Shown piece by piece: positions 1-8,999 of a DNA stretch of 64,000 bases. The position numbers were made by a program, and so were the translations under genes. Each line of letters begins with the position of its first letter. The stretch's first letter is position 1. Origin of the DNA: an uncultured Burkholderiales bacterium (GTDB lineage Bacteria; Pseudomonadota; Gammaproteobacteria; Burkholderiales; Burkholderiaceae_C); assembly GCA_903953985.1 (NCBI GenBank), contig CAJBLW010000298.1, forward strand, positions 32,514-96,513. Reading direction: 5' to 3'. A model generated the notes under the pieces. That model was not told the DNA's origin. It did not search any database and saw only the letters and a list, made by a program, of their open reading frames with translations.

Positions 1-1
1 G

Positions 2-445
2 GAATTCATGACCGGCGTGCGCGTGCTGTGCTCGCCCAGTTTCTTTGCCAAGCTCACCGGCCACGCCAAGGTCGAGAAGGCTTATGAGAACTATGCCCAG
101 GGCGCCATGTTGCGTGATGACGTGCGCAATGGCTTTGCGTTTGGCGGCATCGTCTTCGAGGAATATCTGGGCAAAGCAAGCTATCTCGACGGGGCAGGCG
201 CCGCCCAGACGCGTGACTTCATTGCCGAGGGCGAAGCGCATGCCTTCCCGCTGGGCACGGTCGACACCTTTGCCACCTACTTCGCCCCGGCCGACTTCAA
301 CGAGACGGTCAATACGCTGGGTCAGGCCATCTACGCCAAGCAGGAGCCCCGCAAGTTTGATCGCGGCACGGATCTGCACACTCAGAGCAACCCACTGCCG
401 ATGTGCCACCGCCCCGGTGTGCTGGTCAAGCTGACCATGGCGTGA
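2..445 (+). CDS. Major capsid protein (lambda gpE family), 5'-truncated by window edge
   Basis: Frame is open from position 2. FGGIVFEEY, FAPADFNETVNTLG and the C-terminal QSNPLPMCHRP are typical of gpE-type capsids. Confidence 0.88.
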   Translation, partial: EFMTGVRVLCSPSFFAKLTGHAKVEKAYENYAQGAMLRDDVRNGFAFGGIVFEEYLGKASYLDGAGAAQTRDFIAEGEAHAFPLGTVDTFATYFAPADFNETVNTLGQAIYAKQEPRKFDRGTDLHTQSNPLPMCHRPGVLVKLTMA

Positions 446-792
446 TGGGCGATCCGGTGCAGCCCAATCCCGATCAGCCCAATCCAGTTAACCCCTTCAT
501 CCGTCTACTGGTCAGCAGCTTTCTGCACCTCGGCAGGCCGGGCAGCTACCGGCGTGCCGATGGGGTGGAGATCACCACGCGCTTCATTGCCAAGACACCG
601 GATGTCGTCGAGTCCTTCGGCGACACCCGGCTGGTGGTGGCCACCCACCGTTTCGATGTGATGGCCCGCGACGTGGCTGAGCCTCGCGAGGGCGAGCGCT
701 TCACTGTTGCTGGCCAGACCTACCAGGTGATGGGTGAGCCATTGGCGGATCGGGACCGCTTGATCTGGACGCTGACCGGAGCTCCGGTATGA
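445..792 (+). CDS. Head-tail joining protein (gpFII-like)
   Basis: ATG at 445 overlaps capsid TGA; ~115 aa; PREGERFTVAGQTYQV..P..D..RLIWTL pattern; position after capsid. Confidence 0.7.
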   Translation: MGDPVQPNPDQPNPVNPFIRLLVSSFLHLGRPGSYRRADGVEITTRFIAKTPDVVESFGDTRLVVATHRFDVMARDVAEPREGERFTVAGQTYQVMGEPLADRDRLIWTLTGAPV

Positions 793-1451
793 GATTGCAA
801 GCTGCCCTGTCTGGCGACTTGGACCAGATCCTGGCCGATGAAGTGCGCATTGCCGAGCAGGCGGTGACGCACTCGATTCGTGAAGCCACCGATGGCCTCA
901 AGATCGAGCTGCGCAGCCAGATCACCGGTGCAGGCTTGGGCCAGCGCTTGGCCAATACCTGGCGCGGTGAGGTTTACCCCAAAGGCAAACTGAGCATCAA
1001 GGCGGCAGGCCTGGTCTACAGCCGCGCACCCGTCATCGTCGGTGCGCATGACCAGGGCGCGACGATTCGTTCCAAGGATGGATTCTGGCTGGCCATTCCC
1101 TTGCCCGCCGCCGGCAAAGGCCCGCGCGGCAAACGCATGACCCCCGGCCTTTGGGAAAAGCTGCGCGGCCAGCGCCTGCGTTTCATCTACCGTCGAGGCA
1201 AACCGTCGCTGCTCGTCGCAGAAAACCAGCGCGCCCGCCAAGGCCAACGCGGCGGCTTCTCGGCCGCCTCACAAAAGGCCCAAACCACCGGCCGAGGGCT
1301 GGTCACGGTGCCGATGTTCCTGCTGGTGCCCCAAGTGACCCTGAAGAAGAAATTCGACATCGACCGCAGCGCGCGTCGCTGGATCAGCACGCTGGCCCAG
1401 CGCATTGCCAACCGTTTCGATGAAGCCGACCGCAAAGGGGTAACGTCATGA
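789..1451 (+). CDS. Phage neck/minor tail protein (DUF6441-like)
   Basis: Basic 220 aa protein, ATGA overlap, position between head-tail joining and tail terminator genes. Confidence 0.65.
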   Translation: MRLQAALSGDLDQILADEVRIAEQAVTHSIREATDGLKIELRSQITGAGLGQRLANTWRGEVYPKGKLSIKAAGLVYSRAPVIVGAHDQGATIRSKDGFWLAIPLPAAGKGPRGKRMTPGLWEKLRGQRLRFIYRRGKPSLLVAENQRARQGQRGGFSAASQKAQTTGRGLVTVPMFLLVPQVTLKKKFDIDRSARRWISTLAQRIANRFDEADRKGVTS

Positions 1452-1879
1452 GCCAAAGAGAGAACGCCATCGGTGCTTTGTTCGCGGTCCTCGGCCAGCT
1501 GTCCTTGGGAACAACGGTCAAGCGCAATGCCGCCTTGCCCGAGCGCATCGCGGAACACGCCATGGCGATTTTGCGAGACGGCGAGATGGGCGAGCCCGAA
1601 GTATCCCTCTCGCCGCTGACCTACCACTGGCAGCACCAGGTGGCCATCGAACTGTTTGTCGCAGACCCGGATACCAGCACGCGCGACGCGCGCATGGACG
1701 GTCTGCTCACCGAGCTCGCCACCCTGATCGAAACCGACCGGACGCTGGCCGGTGTTGTCGAGTACGTCGAAATCGGTCAGCCGAAGTTCGATGAACTGGC
1801 CCCCGAAGGCACGAGCGGCATCAAAGCCTGCCTGCTGCCCGTGGTCCTGCACTACAGCAGTGCCGGGCCACTGAACTGA
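1448..1879 (+). CDS. Putative tail terminator/completion protein
   Basis: 143 aa acidic protein directly before tail tube gene; D.TL.G.V motif. Confidence 0.6.
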   Translation: MSQRENAIGALFAVLGQLSLGTTVKRNAALPERIAEHAMAILRDGEMGEPEVSLSPLTYHWQHQVAIELFVADPDTSTRDARMDGLLTELATLIETDRTLAGVVEYVEIGQPKFDELAPEGTSGIKACLLPVVLHYSSAGPLN

Positions 1880-1904
1880 ACCCACTTCCCAAGGAGAAAA
1901 ACCT

Positions 1905-2843
1905 ATGGCCCGTGCCTACGGCGCGAACGCCAGCCTCTTGGCCGCGTTCGAATCCACCTATGGCAGCACCCCGGTAGATGGCTACTGGCAGCTGCCCTTT
2001 GTCTCCACCTCGCTCGGCTCTGAACAGGGGCTGATCGCCAATGACCTGATCGGTCTGGGGCGCGATCCGAGTGCGCCGATTCGCGATGTCATCAAAGTCG
2101 AAGGCGACATGGTCGTGCCGCTGGATGTGCGCCACATCGGCCTGTGGCTCAAAGCCTTGCTCGGGGAAGCTGCTACCAGTGGCACGGGTGTGATGACCCA
2201 CACCTTCACCTCTGGCAAACCAAGCCTGCCCAGCCTCACCCTGGAAACGGGTCTGCCGGATATCCCGGCCTGGTTTGTCGCTTCCGGCGTCATGGTCAAC
2301 AGCCTGCAGGTGGGCTTTGCCCGATCGGGAGCTGCAAACGCCACGGTCGGTCTGGTGGCCCAGGGTGAGGTGCGGCGCACCGCCACGCTGGATGACACCC
2401 CGGCCACGCGCGAATTGCAGCGCTTCAACCAGTTTCAAGGCCAAATCCTGCGCGAGGGACAGGCCCTGGGCAATGTGGTCTCGGCGCAGCTGACCTATGC
2501 CAACAACCTGGAACGCATCGAAACCATCCGTTCCGACGGCAAGATTGACGGCGCGGATCCGACGGTGGCCAGCCTCACCGGCAACCTGGAAGTGCGCTTT
2601 GCCGACACCACGCTGATCGATGCCGCGACGAACAACACGCCGTTGGAATTGACCTTTGGCTACGCGATCGATGCCGATCATCGGCTGACCTTCATCGCCC
2701 ATGAGGTCTATCTGCCCAAACCCAAGCTCTCCATCTCCGGACCCGGCGGCATCCAGGCCACTTTCGAGTGGCAAGCTGCCAAGGCCACCAGCGTGGCCCG
2801 CATGTTCACCGTCGAGCTGGTGAACGACGTTTCTTCCTACTGA
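1905..2843 (+). CDS. Phage tail tube (major tail) protein
   Basis: Strong RBS AAGGAG at 1891; 312 aa; N-terminal FESTYG..P and tube-like beta-rich sequence; precedes chaperone and tape measure. Confidence 0.85.
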   Translation: MARAYGANASLLAAFESTYGSTPVDGYWQLPFVSTSLGSEQGLIANDLIGLGRDPSAPIRDVIKVEGDMVVPLDVRHIGLWLKALLGEAATSGTGVMTHTFTSGKPSLPSLTLETGLPDIPAWFVASGVMVNSLQVGFARSGAANATVGLVAQGEVRRTATLDDTPATRELQRFNQFQGQILREGQALGNVVSAQLTYANNLERIETIRSDGKIDGADPTVASLTGNLEVRFADTTLIDAATNNTPLELTFGYAIDADHRLTFIAHEVYLPKPKLSISGPGGIQATFEWQAAKATSVARMFTVELVNDVSSY

Positions 2844-2863
2844 TCACCCGACCGAGGTTTCTC

Positions 2864-3214
2864 ATGATCAAACTCAATCTCCCGCTTGAGCCGCACTGGA
2901 TCACGCTGGCCGCCGGCGTGCGCCTGCAGGTACGCCCCGCCACCACGGCGCTGGTCATGGCCGCCCGCCATGCCGCCTCCAAAGTGGCCGGCACAGATAC
3001 CGCTGCGGCCGGCGAGCGTACCGCCACCCTCATCACCGAACTGGCCAAGCTGGCCGTGCTGGCCTGGGAAGGTGTGGCCGACGACAAGGGCAAACCGGCT
3101 CCTGTCACGCCCGAGGGTGTCGCCGCGCTGATGGAGCACTGGCTGCTGGCCGATGCCTTCGAACGTGAATACCTCGCCGGCCTCTACGCCCTGGATTCTG
3201 AAAAAAACGCCTGA
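2864..3214 (+). CDS. Tail assembly chaperone (gpG-like)
   Basis: GAGG RBS before ATG 2864; WEGV.D..G motif; ends ..SEKNA* on slippery A-run. Confidence 0.8.
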   Translation: MIKLNLPLEPHWITLAAGVRLQVRPATTALVMAARHAASKVAGTDTAAAGERTATLITELAKLAVLAWEGVADDKGKPAPVTPEGVAALMEHWLLADAFEREYLAGLYALDSEKNA

Positions 3215-3525
3215 AGGCCCGCACCGCGTGGCACTTCGGTGGCGGGCCGAGCTATTGCAGCGCCTGTCTTCAAAGCTGCCCCGAACCGTGCCCCGAGTGC
3301 CCGTACACCATGAACGCGCCCGAGAGCCTGGAAGGCTGGCAAGCGGCCAGTGCGATTGACATCTGTGCCAGCCAGTTGCGCATGGCGCAGGGCCGAGTGG
3401 TCGGGCTGGATCTGAATTCTTGGATGCTGGCCTGCGAGTGCACGGGGCTGGACAAGGCCACTGCGATCGATCTCTTCCCGGCAGTCGAGGCGGGTCTGAT
3501 GAGCACATTGCAGCAAGACGAATAA
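3202..3525 (+). CDS. -1 frameshift extension of tail chaperone (gpGT-like), Cys-rich
   Basis: Slippery A AAA AAC at 3202-3208; the -1 frame is open from there into ORF 3310-3525. Confidence 0.75.
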   Translation, partial: KKRLKARTAWHFGGGPSYCSACLQSCPEPCPECPYTMNAPESLEGWQAASAIDICASQLRMAQGRVVGLDLNSWMLACECTGLDKATAIDLFPAVEAGLMSTLQQDE

Positions 3526-3543
3526 CGCGACGACTGATTTCAA

Positions 3544-6165
3544 ATGGCTGAACGCAACCTCTCCATCCGCCTGGCTGTGGTCGACGGCGGCAAGGTCAAA
3601 GCCGAGCTGTCCGAGATTGGTGAGAAGGGGGAGCGCTCGCTCAAAAAAATCGAGGCGGCAGCCACGCCAGCGTCTGGTGGTCTGAAACTGTTGTCGTCTG
3701 CAGCCAACGATGCGAAATTCCAGCTCGAAGCCGCCACCGAGCGTCTGGGTCTGTTGGGTTCGGTCCTGGGCAAACTCGGTCCTGCTGGTCTGATTGCCGG
3801 TGCCAGCATCGCTGCCTTGGGTGTGGGTATCACGGCCTTGGTCATGCCAGTGGCCCGGGTCGGCGACGAGTTCTTCAAACTCTCGCAAAAGACTGGCGTT
3901 TCCGTAGAAGCGCTCACTGCGCTGGACTATGCGGCCAAGCTCTCGGATGTCACCACCGAAGGACTGACCAAGGCGCTACAGAAACTGTCAGTCGCCATGT
4001 TCGACACCCAGGTCAATGGCCAAGAGGGCAGCGCCGCCCTCAAGGCCTTGAGCGTCTCAGCCACGGATGCGCATGGGCAAATTCGTCCCACCGAAGCCGT
4101 CCTGCTTGATCTGGCCGAGAAATTCGCCGACATGCCGGATGGTGCGGACAAGGCTGCACTGGCTGTCAAGCTCTTCGGCAAGGAAGGTCTGGCCATCATT
4201 CCCTTCCTCAACCAGGGACGAGAGGGCATTACGGCGCTGATGGAAGAAGCCCAGCGCCTGGGCCTCGTGATGTCCGAAGACGTGGCCCGTGTATCCGAGG
4301 TCTTCAACGACAACCTCACGCGTCTCTCGGCCATCTTTGAAGGCGTGCAGCGCCAGATCGGCGCAGCGGTCATTCCCATCCTGGCGGACTTCACTGAGCA
4401 GGTCATCCTGGCGCAGACCGAGACGGGCAGTTTCAGCAACGAGCTGCAGCGCATTACGGCCAACCGTGAGGCCACCATTACCTTCCTCGAGTCCGTTGCA
4501 TCGGGTCTGGCCTTCATCGCCGAGTCGGCGGTGCTCTTGAAGCGCGTGATTGCCCAACCGTTTGACAGCCTGTCGGTGGTCGGCAAGGACATCGAAACCT
4601 GGTTCAAGACGGACATGCTGCGCTCGGGCAAGGCGATGGGGTTGGACCCCAAGGCCATCGATGCCGAAATCGCCAAGCTGAAAGCCGCGCGCGACGACTA
4701 TGTGCGTGCCGCCAATGACCGGCTCTTCAACATCAATCAAAACCCAGGCTACGCCGACCGGGTCGCCAAGTTCTTTGACGAGCAGCGCCGCACGGTGCGC
4801 GTCATGGGCCAGAAATTCGTGCTGGACACCGAGGCGCAGGCCAAGGAGGTTCAGGCAATCTACGACAAGTTTCTGCCGACCCTACCTAGGAAGGCACGCC
4901 CGGCCTTGGATCTCTCCGGCTTCGAGAAATCCAAGCCCGTAGAAAAGCTCAACGAAGGCGAAGCCTTCCTCAATCAACTGCGCTCGCGCCTGACCAGAAC
5001 GCAAGAGGGGGAAGCCGCTGAACTGCGCGCCCGCGCCCTGCAGATCGAGGCCAAGGGCTACCAGGGGGTGGCGGCGCAAGCCGAGCAGTACATCCAGGTG
5101 CTCGAAGCTATCGAGCGCCAGAAAGAAAAAGACAAGGCCTTCGAGGCTTACGAAAAAGAAGAAGCCAACGCCCGCAAGATCGTCGAAACCCTGATCGGCG
5201 GCAATCGCCAGCGGATCGAAGGTGTGCAGCTGCAGCGCGAGATGCTGGACCTGTCAGCGAGCGAACGCACAGTCCTGCAAACCCGCACCGAACTGGAAAA
5301 GTCCGCAGCGGCTGCGCGCAAGGAAGCCAGCCAAATCCAGGACGCCGATCTGCGTGCCCAGACCATCGAGGCCATCAACGACGCCTTGGCGCGCCAACTC
5401 CCCATTCTTGAAAACCTCACCCGCGCCAATGCCGACTACCAGCGCAGTGCGGAGTTCGGTGCCAAGGTGGCCCTGCGTACCTATATCGAGGATGCCACCA
5501 ACGCCGCCAAGCAGGCCGAGCGGGCGGTGACCGGGGCGTTCAAGTCTATGGAGGATGCGCTCACCCAGTTTGTGATGACCGGCAAGCTGGACTTCAACAG
5601 CCTGGCCAACTCCATCATCAGCGACCTGATCCGCATCCAGATCCAGCGCGCCATCACCTTGCCTTTGGCGAACTTTGCGATGAGCCTGTTTGCGCCGGCG
5701 GCCAGCGCCGCGCTGCCCTTGGGCTCGGGTGACCTGATGGGCGTGAACGCCAATATCGCGCACAGCGGAGGCCTGCTCGGGGGCGACGGCCTGCCATTGC
5801 GGCAGGTCAGTGCCACCCTGTTCGCCGGTGCGCGCCGCTTCCACACCGGTGGCCTGGTGTCGGGTGAAGTACCGATCATCGCCCGCCAGGGTGAGGCCGT
5901 CTTCACGCCGGGGCAGTTGCGTGCCTTGGGCGGTGCCGTGGCGGGCAAGCCCCAGATCAACGTGGAAGTTAATGTGATCAACCGTGCCAGTGGCGTTGAA
6001 ACCCGCGTCGAGCAGCAACAGCAGCCCGATGGCAGCACCCGGCTCGATGTCATCGTCGAACAGATGGAAGCGCGCATGGCCCGGTCGATTTCCCAAGGTT
6101 CCGGTTTGGCGCCAACCTTGGAGCGCCGTTATGGACTCAATCCAGCCGCAGGCGCGATGCGATGA
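3544..6165 (+). CDS. Tail tape measure protein (lambda family)
   Basis: 873 aa Ala/Leu-rich helical protein; FKSMEDALTQFVMTGKLDF lambda-type C-terminal region; follows chaperones. Confidence 0.92.
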   Translation: MAERNLSIRLAVVDGGKVKAELSEIGEKGERSLKKIEAAATPASGGLKLLSSAANDAKFQLEAATERLGLLGSVLGKLGPAGLIAGASIAALGVGITALVMPVARVGDEFFKLSQKTGVSVEALTALDYAAKLSDVTTEGLTKALQKLSVAMFDTQVNGQEGSAALKALSVSATDAHGQIRPTEAVLLDLAEKFADMPDGADKAALAVKLFGKEGLAIIPFLNQGREGITALMEEAQRLGLVMSEDVARVSEVFNDNLTRLSAIFEGVQRQIGAAVIPILADFTEQVILAQTETGSFSNELQRITANREATITFLESVASGLAFIAESAVLLKRVIAQPFDSLSVVGKDIETWFKTDMLRSGKAMGLDPKAIDAEIAKLKAARDDYVRAANDRLFNINQNPGYADRVAKFFDEQRRTVRVMGQKFVLDTEAQAKEVQAIYDKFLPTLPRKARPALDLSGFEKSKPVEKLNEGEAFLNQLRSRLTRTQEGEAAELRARALQIEAKGYQGVAAQAEQYIQVLEAIERQKEKDKAFEAYEKEEANARKIVETLIGGNRQRIEGVQLQREMLDLSASERTVLQTRTELEKSAAAARKEASQIQDADLRAQTIEAINDALARQLPILENLTRANADYQRSAEFGAKVALRTYIEDATNAAKQAERAVTGAFKSMEDALTQFVMTGKLDFNSLANSIISDLIRIQIQRAITLPLANFAMSLFAPAASAALPLGSGDLMGVNANIAHSGGLLGGDGLPLRQVSATLFAGARRFHTGGLVSGEVPIIARQGEAVFTPGQLRALGGAVAGKPQINVEVNVINRASGVETRVEQQQQPDGSTRLDVIVEQMEARMARSISQGSGLAPTLERRYGLNPAAGAMR

Positions 6166-6647
6166 ATATCACCTGGCCCACAACACTGCCGCTGCCCTCG
6201 GTCGAAGGCTATGGTCTCACGCCGCAAGAGGCTGTGCTGCGCACTGACATGGAATCGGGCCCGGCGCGCCAGCGTCGCCGGTTTCGGCAAACGCCCACGC
6301 GTATTACCGTGCGCTGGCTGTTTAGCGAGTTTGAGTTTGCCCTGTTCGAGGCTTGGTACAAGTACCACGCCGACGAGGGCGGGCAGTGGTTCGAGATCAC
6401 CTTGCTTGGCGGCCTGGGCCTCTTGCCCCATGAAGCTCGTTTCACCCGCCAGTTTGAAGCCCAACTTCGTTCGGCCCGACGCTGGGACGTCAAGGGCGAG
6501 CTGGAAATCCGCGAGCGGCCCACGCTCGATGAAGGTGCGCTCAATCTGATGCTGGAGCTGAACGCTGACGACCTGTTCGCGATGCGCGGCGAGCTGCACC
6601 AGCTAGTGCATGTCACTTTGCCGCGACATCTGCCTATTCAAATCTGA
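6162..6647 (+). CDS. Distal tail-like protein
   Basis: WP..LP.P...GY, RTDMESGPARQRRRF; immediately after tape measure. Confidence 0.7.
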   Translation: MNITWPTTLPLPSVEGYGLTPQEAVLRTDMESGPARQRRRFRQTPTRITVRWLFSEFEFALFEAWYKYHADEGGQWFEITLLGGLGLLPHEARFTRQFEAQLRSARRWDVKGELEIRERPTLDEGALNLMLELNADDLFAMRGELHQLVHVTLPRHLPIQI

Positions 6648-6661
6648 CCCGAAAAATTCAC

Positions 6662-7300
6662 ATGAGCCTACAAACCGATCTGCACAACGCCGTGACCCAG
6701 GTGACGGCTGACAGTGCGCTACTGCATGCCGTTGTGCATGGCAGCACGCAGGACACAGTCGGCACCGAAGGTGGTCTGGTTGTCACCGTGGCCAAACTGC
6801 TGCATGACGCCGATGCGCGCATCAATGCGTCTGCAGGGGGCATTCTCGCGCAAAGCCAGTCGGCCGCCCAAGATGCGCTGACCTCAGCCGAGTTGGCTTC
6901 CAGTGAAGCCGATCGTGCGCAGTCGGTGGCCAGCCAGGGTGTGACTGACACGCATACCGTACTGCAATTGATTCAAACCAGCGGTAATCAAATCCTCGTG
7001 GATGCCGAAGCAGTGCTGCAGCAAGTCATCGCCCGGTTGCTGGCCGTTGGTCTGCCCGACTCCTTGATCGGTGCGCACGGCATGCTGCTCAAGGTCAAGG
7101 CCGATGAATCCGGCTATGAGCTGGTGAACACCGCAGCCCTGCCGCGCTTCTATGGATTCCATCTGTCCAGCGACGGCTCAGAATTGCTGCTCACCGAAGG
7201 GCGTGATACCGATTTCATTGCCGCAAATTTCCTGACCTGGACGCTCGCCGAGGGGGTCAGCTTTGCCATCCATGACAACGCGCTGGAGATGCAACTGTGA
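6662..7300 (+). CDS. Tail fibre adaptor/N-terminal anchor-like protein
   Basis: N-terminal VHG....V.TEGG.V.TVAK motif of tail-fibre anchors, coiled-coil middle, overlaps next gene. Confidence 0.55.
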   Translation: MSLQTDLHNAVTQVTADSALLHAVVHGSTQDTVGTEGGLVVTVAKLLHDADARINASAGGILAQSQSAAQDALTSAELASSEADRAQSVASQGVTDTHTVLQLIQTSGNQILVDAEAVLQQVIARLLAVGLPDSLIGAHGMLLKVKADESGYELVNTAALPRFYGFHLSSDGSELLLTEGRDTDFIAANFLTWTLAEGVSFAIHDNALEMQL

Positions 7301-8967
7301 ATCTCGATATCTCAGCGCTCGGTTATCGCTGGTGTGGCATCTACTCCCCGTATCTCAGTTACCGCGATGGTGATGTGGTGTTCAAGGAGGGTGGGGCCTG
7401 GGTGATCCGCCACGGGCAGCCGCAGCCGTTTGCACTCGGTCAGCAAGACGCTGTGCTCAAAGGGCATTTGCTGACCGGTGGCGTGTCTGTGGGCGGCATC
7501 GGCAGCATGGTGCTCCACGCCAATGGCGCGGATGGTGTGGAATTTCGTTTCATGGCCGACCGCAACGGCACGATTGCCACGGCCTTGATGAATACCGACC
7601 GCGCGGCTGCGGACTATCACAGCTCGAACTACTTCATGGCCGCGGTCATGAACGACGGCTCGGTACGCGCGTGGGGGCGCTCTCTCTCCGGGCAGCAAGG
7701 GACCGGCAATACCGGCGACATTGGCCGCACCTTTCCCGCGCGGGTGGCGTTCCCACCCGGCACGCCCCGCGTCGTGTCGGTGACCTGCTTGTGGGATGAC
7801 ACCTACTTTATCGATGCCGAGGGTGGACTTTGGCACGCCGGGGGAAACAGCGGCTATGGCTCACCGACGGCGAGCGCCAATCCGGTACCCCGACGTGTCA
7901 ATGGGGTCGGCCAATTGCCGGCCAACGCGGTGGTCAAACAGATGATCACTGGCCATGACTGGTATGGCTACCGCATGCTCGCATGCCTGGACGCACAAGG
8001 CCGGGTCTATGTTTGGGGCGCCAACCAGCAGGGCAGCCTGGGCTTGGGCCACACCGCAGTGGTGACCACGCCGCAACTTGTGCCCTTCACTGCGGACACC
8101 CCGATCAAAGCGGTGTTCCTGTCAGGCGGTACCTATGCCGCCAGTTACCTGATCGACACTGCTGGCAAATTATGGGTTGCCGGCGAAGCCAATTCCTGTG
8201 GCTTCGGCAGCGACCAATACACCCACCGCCTCTGGATGCCTTGGGGCACAGAAAAGCGGGTCAAGAAAGTGTTCTGCTCCGAGTCCGATGCTCATTGGGT
8301 GGCGGGCAGTCAGTACTACCGCAGTTATGGCGTCATCCTCGAAGATGGCGCGCTTTTCCGTTGGGGCCATGACGAAGGTCAGACCTCTGGCATCTGGGGC
8401 ACCGGGTACACCGGCTCCATCTTCTCCGGCCATGCGCTGTTCCCGTACAAAGTACTCGATGGCGTGGCGGATGCTTACGCGGTGTCCGGTGGTTATGGGC
8501 GAACGCTCGTGCTGATGCAGGATGGCACCGTGCGCCATACAGGTTACGACGGATACAACCTGGGGGGTGGTAATGGCAATCGCACGCAGTGGACCACCGT
8601 CGGCGGCGACTTTCTGACGCAAGTGACCAAGCTGCGCATGTACGGCAGCAGTTATGGCTCATCGGCCATGGCACTGCGAGCTGACGGCAAGGCGGTGGGC
8701 TGGGGCATGGGTGGTGCCGGTCAATGCGGCAACGGCTACGCCGATTCGGGCAACTCGCCCAACCGTTTCGTGCTGATAGACAGGCCGATTGTCGATTTCT
8801 CGCGCTCGGGCGTGATGGGCTGCGGCGAAGGTGGCGAATACCACTACGGTGCCTATCACTTCCTCACCCGCGATGGTCAGGTGATGTCGACCGGTTACGG
8901 CAGCTACGGCCAAACGGGTGACGACGACAGCGACCATCGCTTCGCGCCGTCACCGATCCTGTTCTGA
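7297..8967 (+). CDS. RCC1-repeat (beta-propeller) tail/receptor-binding protein 1
   Basis: Repeated DG.V.AWG....GQ.G.G units (DGSVRAWGRSLSGQQGTG, GRVYVWGANQQGSLGLG, DGKAVGWGMGGAGQCGNG). Confidence 0.8.
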   Translation: MNLDISALGYRWCGIYSPYLSYRDGDVVFKEGGAWVIRHGQPQPFALGQQDAVLKGHLLTGGVSVGGIGSMVLHANGADGVEFRFMADRNGTIATALMNTDRAAADYHSSNYFMAAVMNDGSVRAWGRSLSGQQGTGNTGDIGRTFPARVAFPPGTPRVVSVTCLWDDTYFIDAEGGLWHAGGNSGYGSPTASANPVPRRVNGVGQLPANAVVKQMITGHDWYGYRMLACLDAQGRVYVWGANQQGSLGLGHTAVVTTPQLVPFTADTPIKAVFLSGGTYAASYLIDTAGKLWVAGEANSCGFGSDQYTHRLWMPWGTEKRVKKVFCSESDAHWVAGSQYYRSYGVILEDGALFRWGHDEGQTSGIWGTGYTGSIFSGHALFPYKVLDGVADAYAVSGGYGRTLVLMQDGTVRHTGYDGYNLGGGNGNRTQWTTVGGDFLTQVTKLRMYGSSYGSSAMALRADGKAVGWGMGGAGQCGNGYADSGNSPNRFVLIDRPIVDFSRSGVMGCGEGGEYHYGAYHFLTRDGQVMSTGYGSYGQTGDDDSDHRFAPSPILF

Positions 8968-8999
8968 ATTCCGACCTTACATTTCTTCAAGGACTGTTC

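Noticed and set aside
460-485. CAGCCCAATCC direct repeat (QPNPDQPNP) at the start of the head-tail gene
   Set aside because: Two copies, in frame; likely a trivial micro-duplication
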